Source: Flavobacteriaceae bacterium (GTDB lineage: Bacteria; Bacteroidota; Bacteroidia; Flavobacteriales; Flavobacteriaceae). Taken from it: a stretch of 64,000 nucleotides of DNA. Position numbers and translations under genes: made by a program. The stretch covers positions 187 to 64,186 of the forward strand of contig JASFYU010000036.1 of the NCBI GenBank assembly GCA_045046905.1. Direction: 5' to 3'. The notes under the pieces were generated by a model. It ran no database searches, was not told where the DNA came from, and saw only the letters and a list, made by a program, of their open reading frames with translations. Positions 48,932 through 59,299 of the stretch are shown in pieces. Numbering within the stretch: position 1 is the stretch's first letter; each line of letters begins with the position of its first letter.

Positions 48932-48967
48932 AAAAAAAATGCCCAACTTGAGAAGTAGGGCATTTTT
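48932..48967 (-). terminator. Rho-independent terminator after coxI
   Basis: Stem AAAAATGCCC (48935-48944) pairs with GGGCATTTTT (48958-48967), with a 13-nt loop. On the minus strand it is followed by a T-run (plus-strand A-run 48932-48939). It lies 20 nt past the coxI stop. Confidence 0.7.
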
Positions 48968-48987
48968 ATTTTTTTCAGTCATATTAT

Positions 48988-50814
48988 TTAATGCTGTAAC
49001 TCTTCCTCGTCCTCCTGTAACGGAACAGTCTGTGGCACATAATCCTGACCAGGAAGTATGTATTCTCCGTTTTCATCAGTCTTACTGTAATCATAGGCCC
49101 AACGATGAACATGAGGTATCGCGCCCTCCCAGTTACCATGTATGTGTTTTACTTCTGCCGTCCATTCCAAGGTAGTCGCTTTCCAAGGGTTCTTTGGTCC
49201 TATTTTACCAAAGAATATACTGCTGATAAAGTTATAGGCAAAGATGAGCTGTGCTCCTGCGGTAATGATGGCGAATACGGTCATCAAGACTTGTATATCA
49301 GTCAGATCATCGAACATCGGAAAGGCCGTATTTTCATAATACCTTCTTGGTACGCCAGCCATTCCTACAAAGTGCATGGGAAAGAAAATACCATAAGAAC
49401 CTATTGCAGTTATCCAAAAATGCACATAACCCAAGTTCTTATTCATCATTTTACCTTCGAACATCTTAGGGAACCAATGATAGACTCCTGCAAAAAGGCC
49501 ATAGAGTGCTGAAATACCCATTACCAAATGAAAGTGTGCAACTATAAAATAGGTATCGTGTATATTGATATCCAAGGTGCTATCACCCATAATAATACCC
49601 GTTAATCCTCCAGTAATAAATGTAGAAACCATACCAATGGAAAACAACATACCCGGATTCATCTGTAGGTTACCTTTCCACAAAGTCGTAATCCAATTAA
49701 ATGATTTGACTGCGGATGGAATAGCGATTAACAAGGTCGTGAAGGTAAATACGGATCCCAAAAATGGATTCATTCCAGAGATAAACATATGGTGACCCCA
49801 AACTATGGTAGACAAAAATGCAATTGCTATAATAGATGCTATCATAGCGCGGTATCCGAAAATAGGTTTCCTTGCATTTACTGCCATTACTTCAGATATG
49901 ATACCCATTGCAGGTAAAATAACAATGTACACCTCAGGGTGTCCTAAAAACCAGAATAAATGCTCAAATAAAACTGGCGAACCTCCTTGATAATGGAGTA
50001 CCTCTCCTTGAATAAAAATATCGGATAGAAAGAAAGATGTTCCGAAGCTTCTGTCCATTATAAGTAATAAGGCCGCCGACAATAATACCGGAAAAGATAC
50101 CACGCCGATAATTGCGGTAACCAAAAACGCCCAAATTGTCAAGGGCAATCTCGTCATTGACATTCCCTTTGTTCTGAGGTTGATTACGGTAACTATATAG
50201 TTCAATGAACCCAATAAAGAAGAGGCAATAAATATGGCCATGGATACCAACCAAAGGGTCATACCCATACCAGATCCAGATTGCGCCATCGGAAGTGCAC
50301 TTAGGGGAGGATAAATGGTCCACCCTGCTGAGGCAGGCCCCGCTTCAACAAATAAAGACATTATCATTATGACACTTGACAAAAAGAACATCCAATAGGA
50401 AAGCATATTCAGAAAACCAGAGGCCATATCTCTAGCACCGATTTGTAAGGGAATCAAAAGATTACTAAAGGTTCCGCTCAAACCTGCTGTCAATACAAAG
50501 AAGACCATTATGGTACCATGTATGGTAACCAAGGCTAGGTATATATCAGCATCCATGACCCCGTCAGGAGCCCATTTGCCCAATAAAGCTTCAAAAATCG
50601 GTGACGATTCTCCAGGCCAAGCCAATTGCATTCTAAACAATAAAGACATTGCAATACCGATAGTACCCATAATCAAACCAGTAATCAAATACTGCTTTGA
50701 AATCATTTTATGGTCTTGACTAAAAATATATTTAGTTACAAAGGTCTCCTTATGATGATGGTGTCCATCTTCTTGGGCAATATCACCTCCGTGTTCGTGT
50801 CCTGTTGCTGACAT
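48988..50814 (-). CDS. ctaD: Cytochrome c oxidase (aa3-type) subunit I
   Basis: 608 aa. Motifs: FWFLGHPEVYIVILP, WGHHMF, HDTYFIVAHFH. It has 12 or more TMs. Confidence 0.95.
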   Translation of the reverse strand: MSATGHEHGGDIAQEDGHHHHKETFVTKYIFSQDHKMISKQYLITGLIMGTIGIAMSLLFRMQLAWPGESSPIFEALLGKWAPDGVMDADIYLALVTIHGTIMVFFVLTAGLSGTFSNLLIPLQIGARDMASGFLNMLSYWMFFLSSVIMIMSLFVEAGPASAGWTIYPPLSALPMAQSGSGMGMTLWLVSMAIFIASSLLGSLNYIVTVINLRTKGMSMTRLPLTIWAFLVTAIIGVVSFPVLLSAALLLIMDRSFGTSFFLSDIFIQGEVLHYQGGSPVLFEHLFWFLGHPEVYIVILPAMGIISEVMAVNARKPIFGYRAMIASIIAIAFLSTIVWGHHMFISGMNPFLGSVFTFTTLLIAIPSAVKSFNWITTLWKGNLQMNPGMLFSIGMVSTFITGGLTGIIMGDSTLDINIHDTYFIVAHFHLVMGISALYGLFAGVYHWFPKMFEGKMMNKNLGYVHFWITAIGSYGIFFPMHFVGMAGVPRRYYENTAFPMFDDLTDIQVLMTVFAIITAGAQLIFAYNFISSIFFGKIGPKNPWKATTLEWTAEVKHIHGNWEGAIPHVHRWAYDYSKTDENGEYILPGQDYVPQTVPLQEDEEELQH

Positions 50815-50860
50815 AAATAATAAATCTTTTTATAAATTAAATGTACTTCTTATCACTACC

Positions 50861-51919
50861 TTATTGTGCGCCCGACATGGTCTGTCCGAAAGTCTGTTGA
50901 TCCTTGATCCACTTATTGTACTCTTCCTCGGTTTCAACAATAATTTTCATCTGCATATTATAATGTGATTTTCCGCAAATCTTATTACAGAGCAAAACAT
51001 AATCAAACTCCCATGGATCAGAATTAGGCTCGCCATTAGCTGCCTTTTCAGCTCGTATTTTATTTATACGCTTCACTTTATCTATAATATCAGCGTTCAG
51101 CCTCATCTCTGCGGTCGTAGTAATGGGGGTAAAGGAAAATTGGGTAATCATCCCCGGCACACAGTTCATCTGTGCTCTAAAATGCGGCATATACGCCGAA
51201 TGCAACACGTCTTGCGAACGCATCTTAAAATTTACCTTTCTGCCCACGGGCAAATGCAGCTCTTTCACAATAACATCATCAGCAGCATTGAGATCCGATT
51301 CGTCTAATCCTAAAACGTTGGCCCGATCTATATCGATCATTCTGACATTGGCACCACCTAATACATTATCCTCTCCGCCATATCTCGCGGTCCAATTAAA
51401 CTGTTGCGCATAGAGTTCTACTATCAATGGATCATCTTCATCATTGATATCCATAATACTCGTCCAAGTGTAAAGACCCCATAGAATCAGACCAGCCAAA
51501 ACAATTACGGGTATAATCGTCCAAATAAACTCAAGGCGATCATTATCTACAAAAAATAGCGCTTTCCTACCTTTTTCTCCTCGGTATCTAAACGCAAAAT
51601 AATGCAGTAATGCCTGCGTAATGGTCTGTGCAACAAATATGAGGATAAAGGAGACCAGCATCAAATAGTCATATTCGGCGCCATGGGCAGAAGCTGCTTC
51701 AGGCAACAAGACTTTCGAATATTTCCAAAAACTGAAAATTGTGATTCCGTAGATGAAAATCAGAAATATAAACATGAGATAACCATTGTACTTATTATCT
51801 CTATCGTTCGCCACCTGAATATTATCCGTTTGAAACTGAGACAATTCGAACATTTTGGTCATCTGCCAAATTGCAATTGCCACCAGTACTAAAACAGCTA
51901 AAATTAATAATGTAGTCAT
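50861..51919 (-). CDS. ctaC: Cytochrome c oxidase subunit II (no fused cytochrome c domain)
   Basis: 352 aa. It has N-terminal TMs and CuA ligand motifs: DVLHSAYMPHF and CNKICGKSHYNM. Confidence 0.9.
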   Translation of the reverse strand: MTTLLILAVLVLVAIAIWQMTKMFELSQFQTDNIQVANDRDNKYNGYLMFIFLIFIYGITIFSFWKYSKVLLPEAASAHGAEYDYLMLVSFILIFVAQTITQALLHYFAFRYRGEKGRKALFFVDNDRLEFIWTIIPVIVLAGLILWGLYTWTSIMDINDEDDPLIVELYAQQFNWTARYGGEDNVLGGANVRMIDIDRANVLGLDESDLNAADDVIVKELHLPVGRKVNFKMRSQDVLHSAYMPHFRAQMNCVPGMITQFSFTPITTTAEMRLNADIIDKVKRINKIRAEKAANGEPNSDPWEFDYVLLCNKICGKSHYNMQMKIIVETEEEYNKWIKDQQTFGQTMSGAQ

Positions 51920-51950
51920 TGTATGATTTAATATTATACTTTAAAACTTA

Positions 51951-53273
51951 CTAATAATGAAAATTCTTGCTCTCTTCGATAAAAGGATTTCGCTTCGGCT
52001 CAAGAGGCGCCTTACTCAAAGCCCTGAATACCCAGAAAATGAAAAGCCCCGCAAAAAACAGTATGGCTCCTATTTCAGGAATACCTATATACCATTGATC
52101 ACCTACTGTCGATGGCATAATCATATTAAATATATCCATATAATGTCCGGCCAAGATAACAATACCCGCCATTATAACGAACCAATTCATACGTTTGTAA
52201 TCACTATTCATCAATAATAGTACGGGGAACAGAAAGTTCATCGCCACCATACCGAAGAACGGCAATCTATAGTCTGCAATTCTCGTAACAAAATAGGTTA
52301 CTTCCTCAGGTATATTTGAATACCATATCAACATAAATTGAGAAAACCATAGGTAGGTCCAGAAAATACTGAACCCGAACATGAATTTTGCCAAATCATG
52401 AATATGACTGTCATTGACATGCTCTAAATACCCCTCAGATTTTAAATAAATAGTAACCATGGCAATTACCGTAATTCCACAAACAATCATGCTTGCAAAT
52501 ACATACCAGCCGAATAAGGTACTGAACCAATGCGGATCTACGCTCATAATCCAATCCCATGACATGATAGACTCTGTAATCAAATAGAACACTAAGAACC
52601 CCGCCGACCATCTAAAATTCTTTACAAAGTTAGCATTATCGTCGGCCTCATCTTGTGCTAGAGACAATTTTCTTGAACGTTCACGATAAAAAATCCACCC
52701 GCCTATAAATATAGCCGCGCGTACCAAAAAGAAGGTCGGGTTCAAATAGCCCGATTTCGCCAGTAAGAGTTTGTCGTGGGCCACCACATCGGCATCCATC
52801 CAAATAAACAAATGATTCCAATGTAACACCGACAATACCAAGATTACAAATATTATTATTCCGCCAGGTACCAAATATGCCGTTATTCCTTCCATAACCC
52901 GAAACAATAGAGGTGACCAGCCTGCCTGTGATGCACGTTGAATCGCATAAAAAGCCAAGACGCCCAAGGCTATCATAAAGAAAAAGAAAGCCGCTACGTA
53001 TAAGGCTGCCCATGGCTTGTTTTGTAATTGATGCAATAGATGTTGATCATGTGCCGAATCATGGCCTTCTGCTACAACAGCATGATCATCTTGAACTGCA
53101 TGTGCCTCATTTGCTTCATGGCCTCCACCATGCCCATCATTATGACTTACAACCATGGCCTTGGCTTCCTCGACCGTACCCGGCATTGTGATAAAACCAT
53201 AGCCTATTCCCAATGCGCCAATGGCCATCAAAATAATAGAAGCAATTTTTAATTTATTAGAAAACGTGTACAT
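51951..53273 (-). CDS. actF: Alternative complex III membrane subunit ActF
   Basis: 440 aa polytopic NrfD-like membrane protein in the sixth position of the act cluster. It has a His-rich loop after TM1. Confidence 0.75.
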   Translation of the reverse strand: MYTFSNKLKIASIILMAIGALGIGYGFITMPGTVEEAKAMVVSHNDGHGGGHEANEAHAVQDDHAVVAEGHDSAHDQHLLHQLQNKPWAALYVAAFFFFMIALGVLAFYAIQRASQAGWSPLLFRVMEGITAYLVPGGIIIFVILVLSVLHWNHLFIWMDADVVAHDKLLLAKSGYLNPTFFLVRAAIFIGGWIFYRERSRKLSLAQDEADDNANFVKNFRWSAGFLVFYLITESIMSWDWIMSVDPHWFSTLFGWYVFASMIVCGITVIAMVTIYLKSEGYLEHVNDSHIHDLAKFMFGFSIFWTYLWFSQFMLIWYSNIPEEVTYFVTRIADYRLPFFGMVAMNFLFPVLLLMNSDYKRMNWFVIMAGIVILAGHYMDIFNMIMPSTVGDQWYIGIPEIGAILFFAGLFIFWVFRALSKAPLEPKRNPFIEESKNFHY

Positions 53274-53289
53274 ACCTATAATCTATGTA

Positions 53290-53850
53290 TTATTTTGTTA
53301 AGTCTTGTTTCAGTTTCATTACATATTCAGAAATCTGCCATGCCTCTTTGGTATTCATCTGAGACGCATAGGACCCCATGGAGTTCAAACCGTATTGAAT
53401 GGTATGAAAGTTTGTGCCCACTGTAATATTTCTTGCGGCGTCTACATAACTTGGAACACCTAGTATCTTCTCTCTTTTCACCAAAGTACCTTGACCATCA
53501 CCTTTGCTACCATGGCAAATGGCACAGTAAATCGCATATAACTCCTTACCTATGATAAGATTTTCTTGCTTCTGAAGTGAATCTAACGGACTTTCTTGTA
53601 AACGAGCCAACTCCTTACCCTCGGCAGTGTTTTCAATACCATAAGGCATCCACCCTCTCGGAATAGTGTTTTCCACAGGTTGCATTGCCTCCATTTTATT
53701 GGGCAAAAAACCAACTTCCCCATACGTTTCATACCCAATGGGCTGGTACATATCAGGCATATACTGATAATTAGGCTTGCTCTTGTCGGCACATGACACA
53801 ACTAAGAAAACCAAACCCGCTACGATTCCTATTTTTATAAAACTGTTCAT
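53290..53850 (-). CDS. actE: Alternative complex III monoheme cytochrome c lipoprotein ActE
   Basis: 186 aa. It has a lipobox (LVVSCADK) and a single CxxCH (CAICHG). Confidence 0.75.
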   Translation of the reverse strand: MNSFIKIGIVAGLVFLVVSCADKSKPNYQYMPDMYQPIGYETYGEVGFLPNKMEAMQPVENTIPRGWMPYGIENTAEGKELARLQESPLDSLQKQENLIIGKELYAIYCAICHGSKGDGQGTLVKREKILGVPSYVDAARNITVGTNFHTIQYGLNSMGSYASQMNTKEAWQISEYVMKLKQDLTK

Positions 53851-53852
53851 AT

Positions 53853-54383
53853 TTAGTGACCGTTTTTTTCTGATATATTAATTTCTACAGCACCAGTATC
53901 AATCAATAATGCTCTCAACTCTTTTTCGTTTCCGTGAATTTCTAACTCCATGACAAAGTGATCATCGGTGGTTCTTACATCTGGATTCTCAGCCTTTTTA
54001 AAGGGCCATAACCTACTTCTCATATAAAATGTTAGCACCATAAGGTGTGCCGCGAAAAATATGGTAAGCTCGAACATAATGGGCACAAAGGCTGGCATAT
54101 TCTCCAAATAGGTAAAACTCGGTTTACCACCAATATCTTGAGGCCAGTCACTTATCATCATATAATCCATCATAATAACAGATATCACCAAACCAATGCA
54201 GCCATAAATAAAAGACGCAATGGCTATTCTGGTCGGCGCCAACCCCATAGCCTTGTCTAGACCATGCACCGGAAAAGGGCAATATACCTCTTCGATATGG
54301 TGTTTGGCCGCTTTCACTTTTTTGACGGCAAGCATTAGCACATCGTCATCATCATAATATGCGTGTATAACTTTAGATGCCAT
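53853..54383 (-). CDS. actD: Alternative complex III subunit ActD (DUF3341)
   Basis: 176 aa with a soluble N-terminal part and two TMs. The position between actC and actE fits ActD. Confidence 0.7.
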   Translation of the reverse strand: MASKVIHAYYDDDDVLMLAVKKVKAAKHHIEEVYCPFPVHGLDKAMGLAPTRIAIASFIYGCIGLVISVIMMDYMMISDWPQDIGGKPSFTYLENMPAFVPIMFELTIFFAAHLMVLTFYMRSRLWPFKKAENPDVRTTDDHFVMELEIHGNEKELRALLIDTGAVEINISEKNGH

Positions 54384-54385
54384 AA

Positions 54386-56098
54386 TTATCTTTTGTTATT
54401 TAATTTTTTTGCCTGTCCTGCCCAATCATCGCGTTTCGCCCTTCCAGGAAAAGCTTCGGTAATTGAATCTAACAAATCATACTCCTTCTCAGTCATCCTA
54501 GCTACTTGGGAAAATGTAAATATTCCTATTTCATTCAAGGTCTGCTCCATCTTCGGACCAATGCCCTTTACCTTCTTCAAATCGTCGGCAGTATCCTTTT
54601 CAGCATCGAAGGTTCCGATAGCATCTAAGAGAGAAGAAACATCTTTCTTTTCAACGTCTACTGTAACTGTATTTTCCTTGACATCAGTTAATTTAGTAAT
54701 TTGATACAAGGGCTTACCTGCATCTCTCAACTTCTTATACTTATCTCCTGATGCTTTCAAAATCGATTTCACCTCTGCCTGGGCAATTACTGGAAATGTT
54801 CTTGCGTACAATAAGAACAGCACAAAAAAGAACCCTATGGTACCAATAAAAATTCCGATATCAACAAAAGTAGGTGAGAACATGGTCCAAGAAGATGGCA
54901 TATAATCACGGTGCAATGAGGTTACGATAATCACGAAACGTTCGAACCACATTCCTATGTTCACTACGATAGAAATAAAGAAAGAGAACATGATACTGGT
55001 ACGTAATTTTTTAAACCACATAAACTGTGGAGAAAACACATTACAGCTCATCATGGCCCAATACGCCCACCAATAAGGCCCCGTAGCCCTGTTCAGGAAT
55101 GCATACTGTTCGTATTCAACGCCAGAATACCACGCCATAAACAATTCGGTGATATAGGCACAGCCCACAATAGAACCTGTAATCATGATTACAATGTTCA
55201 TTAATTCAATATGTTGTATCGTGATATAGTCTTCTAAATGACATACTTTCCTCATAATAATGAGCAAGGTATTCACCATAGCAAAGCCTGAGAAAACAGC
55301 CCCAGCAACAAAATAGGGTGGAAATATGGTCGTATGCCATCCTGGTATAACTGCTGTAGCAAAATCAAAGGATACAATCGTATGCACCGAGAGCACCAAT
55401 GGTGTTGCCAAGCCCGCCAAGACCAGAGAAACTTCTTCGAATCGCTGCCAATCTTTAGCTCTACCGGTCCATCCAAAACTCAATAGACCATAAATTTTCT
55501 TTTGAAATGGTTTTACGGCACGATCTCGAATCATTGCAAAATCAGGTAAAAGTCCTGTCCACCAGAATACCAAAGAAACCGATAGATAGGTCGATATTGC
55601 GAATACATCCCAAAGTAAGGGTGAATTAAAATTTACCCACAATGAACCGAATTGATTGGGAATGGGAAACATCCAATATCCCATCCATACACGTCCCATA
55701 TGGATTACCGGGAATAGTCCGGCCTGAATTACCGAGAAAATGGTCATGGCCTCCGCAGAGCGGTTAATAGCCATTCTCCACTTTTGCCTAAAAAGCAATA
55801 ATACTGCGGAAATCAAGGTGCCTGCGTGACCAATACCTACCCACCATACAAAGTTGGTGATATCCCAGGCCCAGCCTACGGTCTTATTTAAACCCCAGAC
55901 ACCGATACCTGTGGAAATTGTATAAACAATACAACCAATCCCCCAAAGAAATGCCACCAAGGCAATGGAAAAAACAATCCACCATTGCTTATTGGCTCTT
56001 CCTTCTATCGGAGCTGAAATATCTACAGATACATCGTGGTATCCTTTGTCTCCAATCACTAAGGGTCTTCGTATTGGTGCTTCGTAATGCGACGCCAT
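54386..56098 (-). CDS. actC: Alternative complex III quinol-interacting membrane subunit ActC (NrfD/PsrC family) with a C-terminal soluble extension
   Basis: 570 aa. It has about 10 TMs of NrfD type, followed by roughly 122 hydrophilic residues that contain a GIGP helix-hairpin-helix-like motif. Confidence 0.85.
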   Translation of the reverse strand: MASHYEAPIRRPLVIGDKGYHDVSVDISAPIEGRANKQWWIVFSIALVAFLWGIGCIVYTISTGIGVWGLNKTVGWAWDITNFVWWVGIGHAGTLISAVLLLFRQKWRMAINRSAEAMTIFSVIQAGLFPVIHMGRVWMGYWMFPIPNQFGSLWVNFNSPLLWDVFAISTYLSVSLVFWWTGLLPDFAMIRDRAVKPFQKKIYGLLSFGWTGRAKDWQRFEEVSLVLAGLATPLVLSVHTIVSFDFATAVIPGWHTTIFPPYFVAGAVFSGFAMVNTLLIIMRKVCHLEDYITIQHIELMNIVIMITGSIVGCAYITELFMAWYSGVEYEQYAFLNRATGPYWWAYWAMMSCNVFSPQFMWFKKLRTSIMFSFFISIVVNIGMWFERFVIIVTSLHRDYMPSSWTMFSPTFVDIGIFIGTIGFFFVLFLLYARTFPVIAQAEVKSILKASGDKYKKLRDAGKPLYQITKLTDVKENTVTVDVEKKDVSSLLDAIGTFDAEKDTADDLKKVKGIGPKMEQTLNEIGIFTFSQVARMTEKEYDLLDSITEAFPGRAKRDDWAGQAKKLNNKR

Positions 56099-56131
56099 AA
56101 GTTATAATATAGTTACGTTCCTTTTTGTTTA

Positions 56132-59100
56132 TTAAGCTTCGTTGGTGTTCCTTACCTTAACCTGGTAAACAACATTTGGTTTTGTTCCTACATGCTCAAG
56201 CAAATGATATGCCCTATCATCCTTGACCAAGCCAGAAATCACACTTCCTTCTTCGTTTATATCTCCAAAACGCATTGCGCCAGAACTACAGGCCGCCGAA
56301 CAGGCTACGGCATCATTGAATTCTCCTTTGCCTACAATTCTTCCTTCTCGTTTTGCCTTTAAAATAATCGCCTGTGTGGCTTGAATACAGAAAGAGCATT
56401 TTTCCATCACCCCACGCGATCTTACTGTAACATCGGGGTTGATGACCATTTTACCTAAATCATTATTCATGTTATAATCAAACTCATCATTGTCATTATA
56501 CAGGAACCAGTTAAAACGACGCACTTTATACGGACAGTTATTGGCACAATACCTAGTACCTACACAACGGTTGTAAGCCATCTGGTTCTGCCCTTGACGC
56601 CCATGAGATGTTGCCGCAACAGGACAAACAGTTTCACATGGAGCATGGTTACAATGCTGACACATAACCGGCTGAAAAACCACTTGAGGGTTTGCCGAAG
56701 GATCTTCCAATTCTTGAAATCCACTCAAGGATCCTTTTTCTCCCCAAAGGCCATCAAAACCTTCTTTTTTCATATCATCCTCTTCAAAAGAACCTTCCGA
56801 AGAATAATATCTATCTATACGCAACCAATGCATATCTCTAGAATTCCTAACTTCTTCTTTACCAACAACGGGTACGTTATTCTCTGCATGGCAGGCAATA
56901 ACACAGGCCCCGCAACCGGTACATGCGTTCAAATCAATGGACAGGTTAAAATGATGCCCAATAGAGCGATCAAAACTACCCCAGAGATCTACCGTAGAGG
57001 CCGGTACCTCTTTATGATCAAGAGAAACTTGCGGAACAAGGTTCCACTCTTTATGGTCCTTGGTATTGAAAATCTCCAAGCTTGTTTCCTTGATAATATC
57101 TCCCCTACCCATCAATGTATTCTGCAATTGCATACAGGCAAACTCGTGCATTCCAGAAGACTTCTCGATGCTTACCGATTGTACCTTATCGAAGCCCTGA
57201 TACAAAGGATAGGCATTCACCCCCGTTTGCATCTCAGATTTCATACCTACTATTTTACCGTACCCTAAAGAAAGGCCAATCGAACCATTTGCCTGACCCG
57301 GCTGAATGAGTACAGGAACATTTTCTAGCTCGACACCATTTACGGTAAGATTCACATAGCTTCCGTTCAAAGCACCATTGGCAACATGCTCATTTACCAA
57401 CTCGAGTCTTTCGGCATCAGCCTTGGAAACCATAACATAATTATCCCATGACACCCTTGTCACAGGATCCGGAAACTCCTGCAACCACGGGTTACTGGCC
57501 TGTCGACCATCTCCCATACCTACCTTGGAATACAAGGTCAACTCCATTGCGCCACCACTTGTGGCTTTTGCCAAACTTTGTACGGCCGAAGCAATAGACA
57601 AGACAGAAGCGCCTGTCGTCTCTTCAGCGTTCGTTTGACTTTTATCGGCCTTGTTTTCGGGCGAAATATCAGCATCAGATACCGCAAAAACACCATCTTG
57701 TAATGCCTGGTTCCAATCTCCTCCATATAAAACAGAAGCGTTCCAAGTTTCCTTTATATAATCGTAATAGCTTTTGTCACTTCCCATCCACAGCAACAAT
57801 GAACTTTGAAACTGACGGGTATCGAACAATTCTTTGATGGTAGGCTGCATTAAGCCATAACTTCCTTTTTTTATCTGCACATCGCCCCAAGATTCTAAAT
57901 AATGGTTGGCCGATGCCGTATACTGCGCTACTTCAGCCGTCTCATTCCAATTCGTAGTGAAGGTGAGTGACAAATCGACCTTTTCTATACCTTCCTTAAA
58001 ATCGACCGCATTCGGCAAAGTGTACATCGGATTCACACCGTCAATAATCAAGGCACCTACCTTTCCTGCCTTCATATCGGCAATCAAGGTATTAATTGCT
58101 TTTATATCTCCTTGTCTCGTATATTTAGGTGCTTTTGCATCGAATGCCTTACTACCCAACATCTCATTAATGGCAAGAACCACCGACTGGGCATTTATAT
58201 CATCTATACCGGTAACCACAACGGCTGCCGAAGAATTTTTTCGTATCTCTTGAACAACATTCTCAATGGCCCGTTGTGCATATTCAGGAAGCTCACCACC
58301 TATACTGGTACCATTCAATTTGGCATATAATTGCGCCAATGCTATTTTTTGCTGCATGGGCGTCAAAGGAATTCGCTTGTCCGCATTAGCTCCTGTCAAT
58401 GACATATTGGCCTCGAACTGCACATGCCTTGACATTTTTCCGTTTTTAGGAATACGCCCTCTACCATATCCACCATCATAACCACCACCTTGCCAATCAA
58501 CCAAGAAATCAGCCCCGAAGGAGACAATCACCTCAGCCTTCTCAAAATCATAATCAGCCATGGCACGTTCACCATATCTAGCCTCAAAAGCAGATAAGGC
58601 AGTATCCTCAGAAATAGCGTCATAAGCAACATGGGTCACATTGCCGTAGGCCTCCTTGAACTCGGCAATTAACCTAGAAGTAGACGGACTGGCGTAGGTT
58701 TGGGTCAACAAAGCAATTTGTTTCCCAGAATTTTTTAAATTTTCGAGCTTCGATTGTACCGCAGCATCCATTTCACTCCATTCAACCGGATCCCCATTGA
58801 CTAAAGGCCCTTGCAGCCTTGTGCTATCGTATAAAGATAAAACCGATGCATGCACCCTTGCATTCGCACTACCACCAATCTTAGCCACAGCATTATTTTC
58901 AACTTTAATCGGCCTACCCTCACGGGTCTTAATCAAGATACTAGCGAAATCGAAACCGTCAGCGATAGTGGTTGCATAATAATTGGCAACACCAGGAATT
59001 ATATTTTCAGGTTGAACAACATAAGGAATCGATTTCATAACCGGCCCTTCACAAGCCGCCAAAGAAGCTGCTGCCGTACTAAAACCAACATATTTCAGAA

Positions 59101-59263
59101 AATCTCTTCTATTGGTACTCGATGAAGACAGGGTTTCTTTATCACCCAAAAACTCATCAACAGGAATTTTTTCAACAAATTCATTCTGCCTTAGCGCCTC
59201 AACAATGGAATCGTCGGGATTTAACTCCGCTTCACTTTTCCAATATTTTTTGTTTGATGCCAT
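56132..59263 (-). CDS. actB: Alternative complex III Fe-S / molybdopterin-like subunit ActB
   Basis: 1043 aa. It has the Tat signal NRRDFLKYVGFSTAAASLAAC, a molybdopterin-oxidoreductase-like N-terminal half, and ferredoxin-type clusters (CTGCGACVIACHAENN, CQHCNHAPCETVCP, CVGTRYCANNCPYKVRRFN). Confidence 0.9.
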   Translation of the reverse strand: MASNKKYWKSEAELNPDDSIVEALRQNEFVEKIPVDEFLGDKETLSSSSTNRRDFLKYVGFSTAAASLAACEGPVMKSIPYVVQPENIIPGVANYYATTIADGFDFASILIKTREGRPIKVENNAVAKIGGSANARVHASVLSLYDSTRLQGPLVNGDPVEWSEMDAAVQSKLENLKNSGKQIALLTQTYASPSTSRLIAEFKEAYGNVTHVAYDAISEDTALSAFEARYGERAMADYDFEKAEVIVSFGADFLVDWQGGGYDGGYGRGRIPKNGKMSRHVQFEANMSLTGANADKRIPLTPMQQKIALAQLYAKLNGTSIGGELPEYAQRAIENVVQEIRKNSSAAVVVTGIDDINAQSVVLAINEMLGSKAFDAKAPKYTRQGDIKAINTLIADMKAGKVGALIIDGVNPMYTLPNAVDFKEGIEKVDLSLTFTTNWNETAEVAQYTASANHYLESWGDVQIKKGSYGLMQPTIKELFDTRQFQSSLLLWMGSDKSYYDYIKETWNASVLYGGDWNQALQDGVFAVSDADISPENKADKSQTNAEETTGASVLSIASAVQSLAKATSGGAMELTLYSKVGMGDGRQASNPWLQEFPDPVTRVSWDNYVMVSKADAERLELVNEHVANGALNGSYVNLTVNGVELENVPVLIQPGQANGSIGLSLGYGKIVGMKSEMQTGVNAYPLYQGFDKVQSVSIEKSSGMHEFACMQLQNTLMGRGDIIKETSLEIFNTKDHKEWNLVPQVSLDHKEVPASTVDLWGSFDRSIGHHFNLSIDLNACTGCGACVIACHAENNVPVVGKEEVRNSRDMHWLRIDRYYSSEGSFEEDDMKKEGFDGLWGEKGSLSGFQELEDPSANPQVVFQPVMCQHCNHAPCETVCPVAATSHGRQGQNQMAYNRCVGTRYCANNCPYKVRRFNWFLYNDNDEFDYNMNNDLGKMVINPDVTVRSRGVMEKCSFCIQATQAIILKAKREGRIVGKGEFNDAVACSAACSSGAMRFGDINEEGSVISGLVKDDRAYHLLEHVGTKPNVVYQVKVRNTNEA

Positions 59264-59299
59264 ACGTATATCTCTGTAATTAGCTGCTTTTTATTTTTC

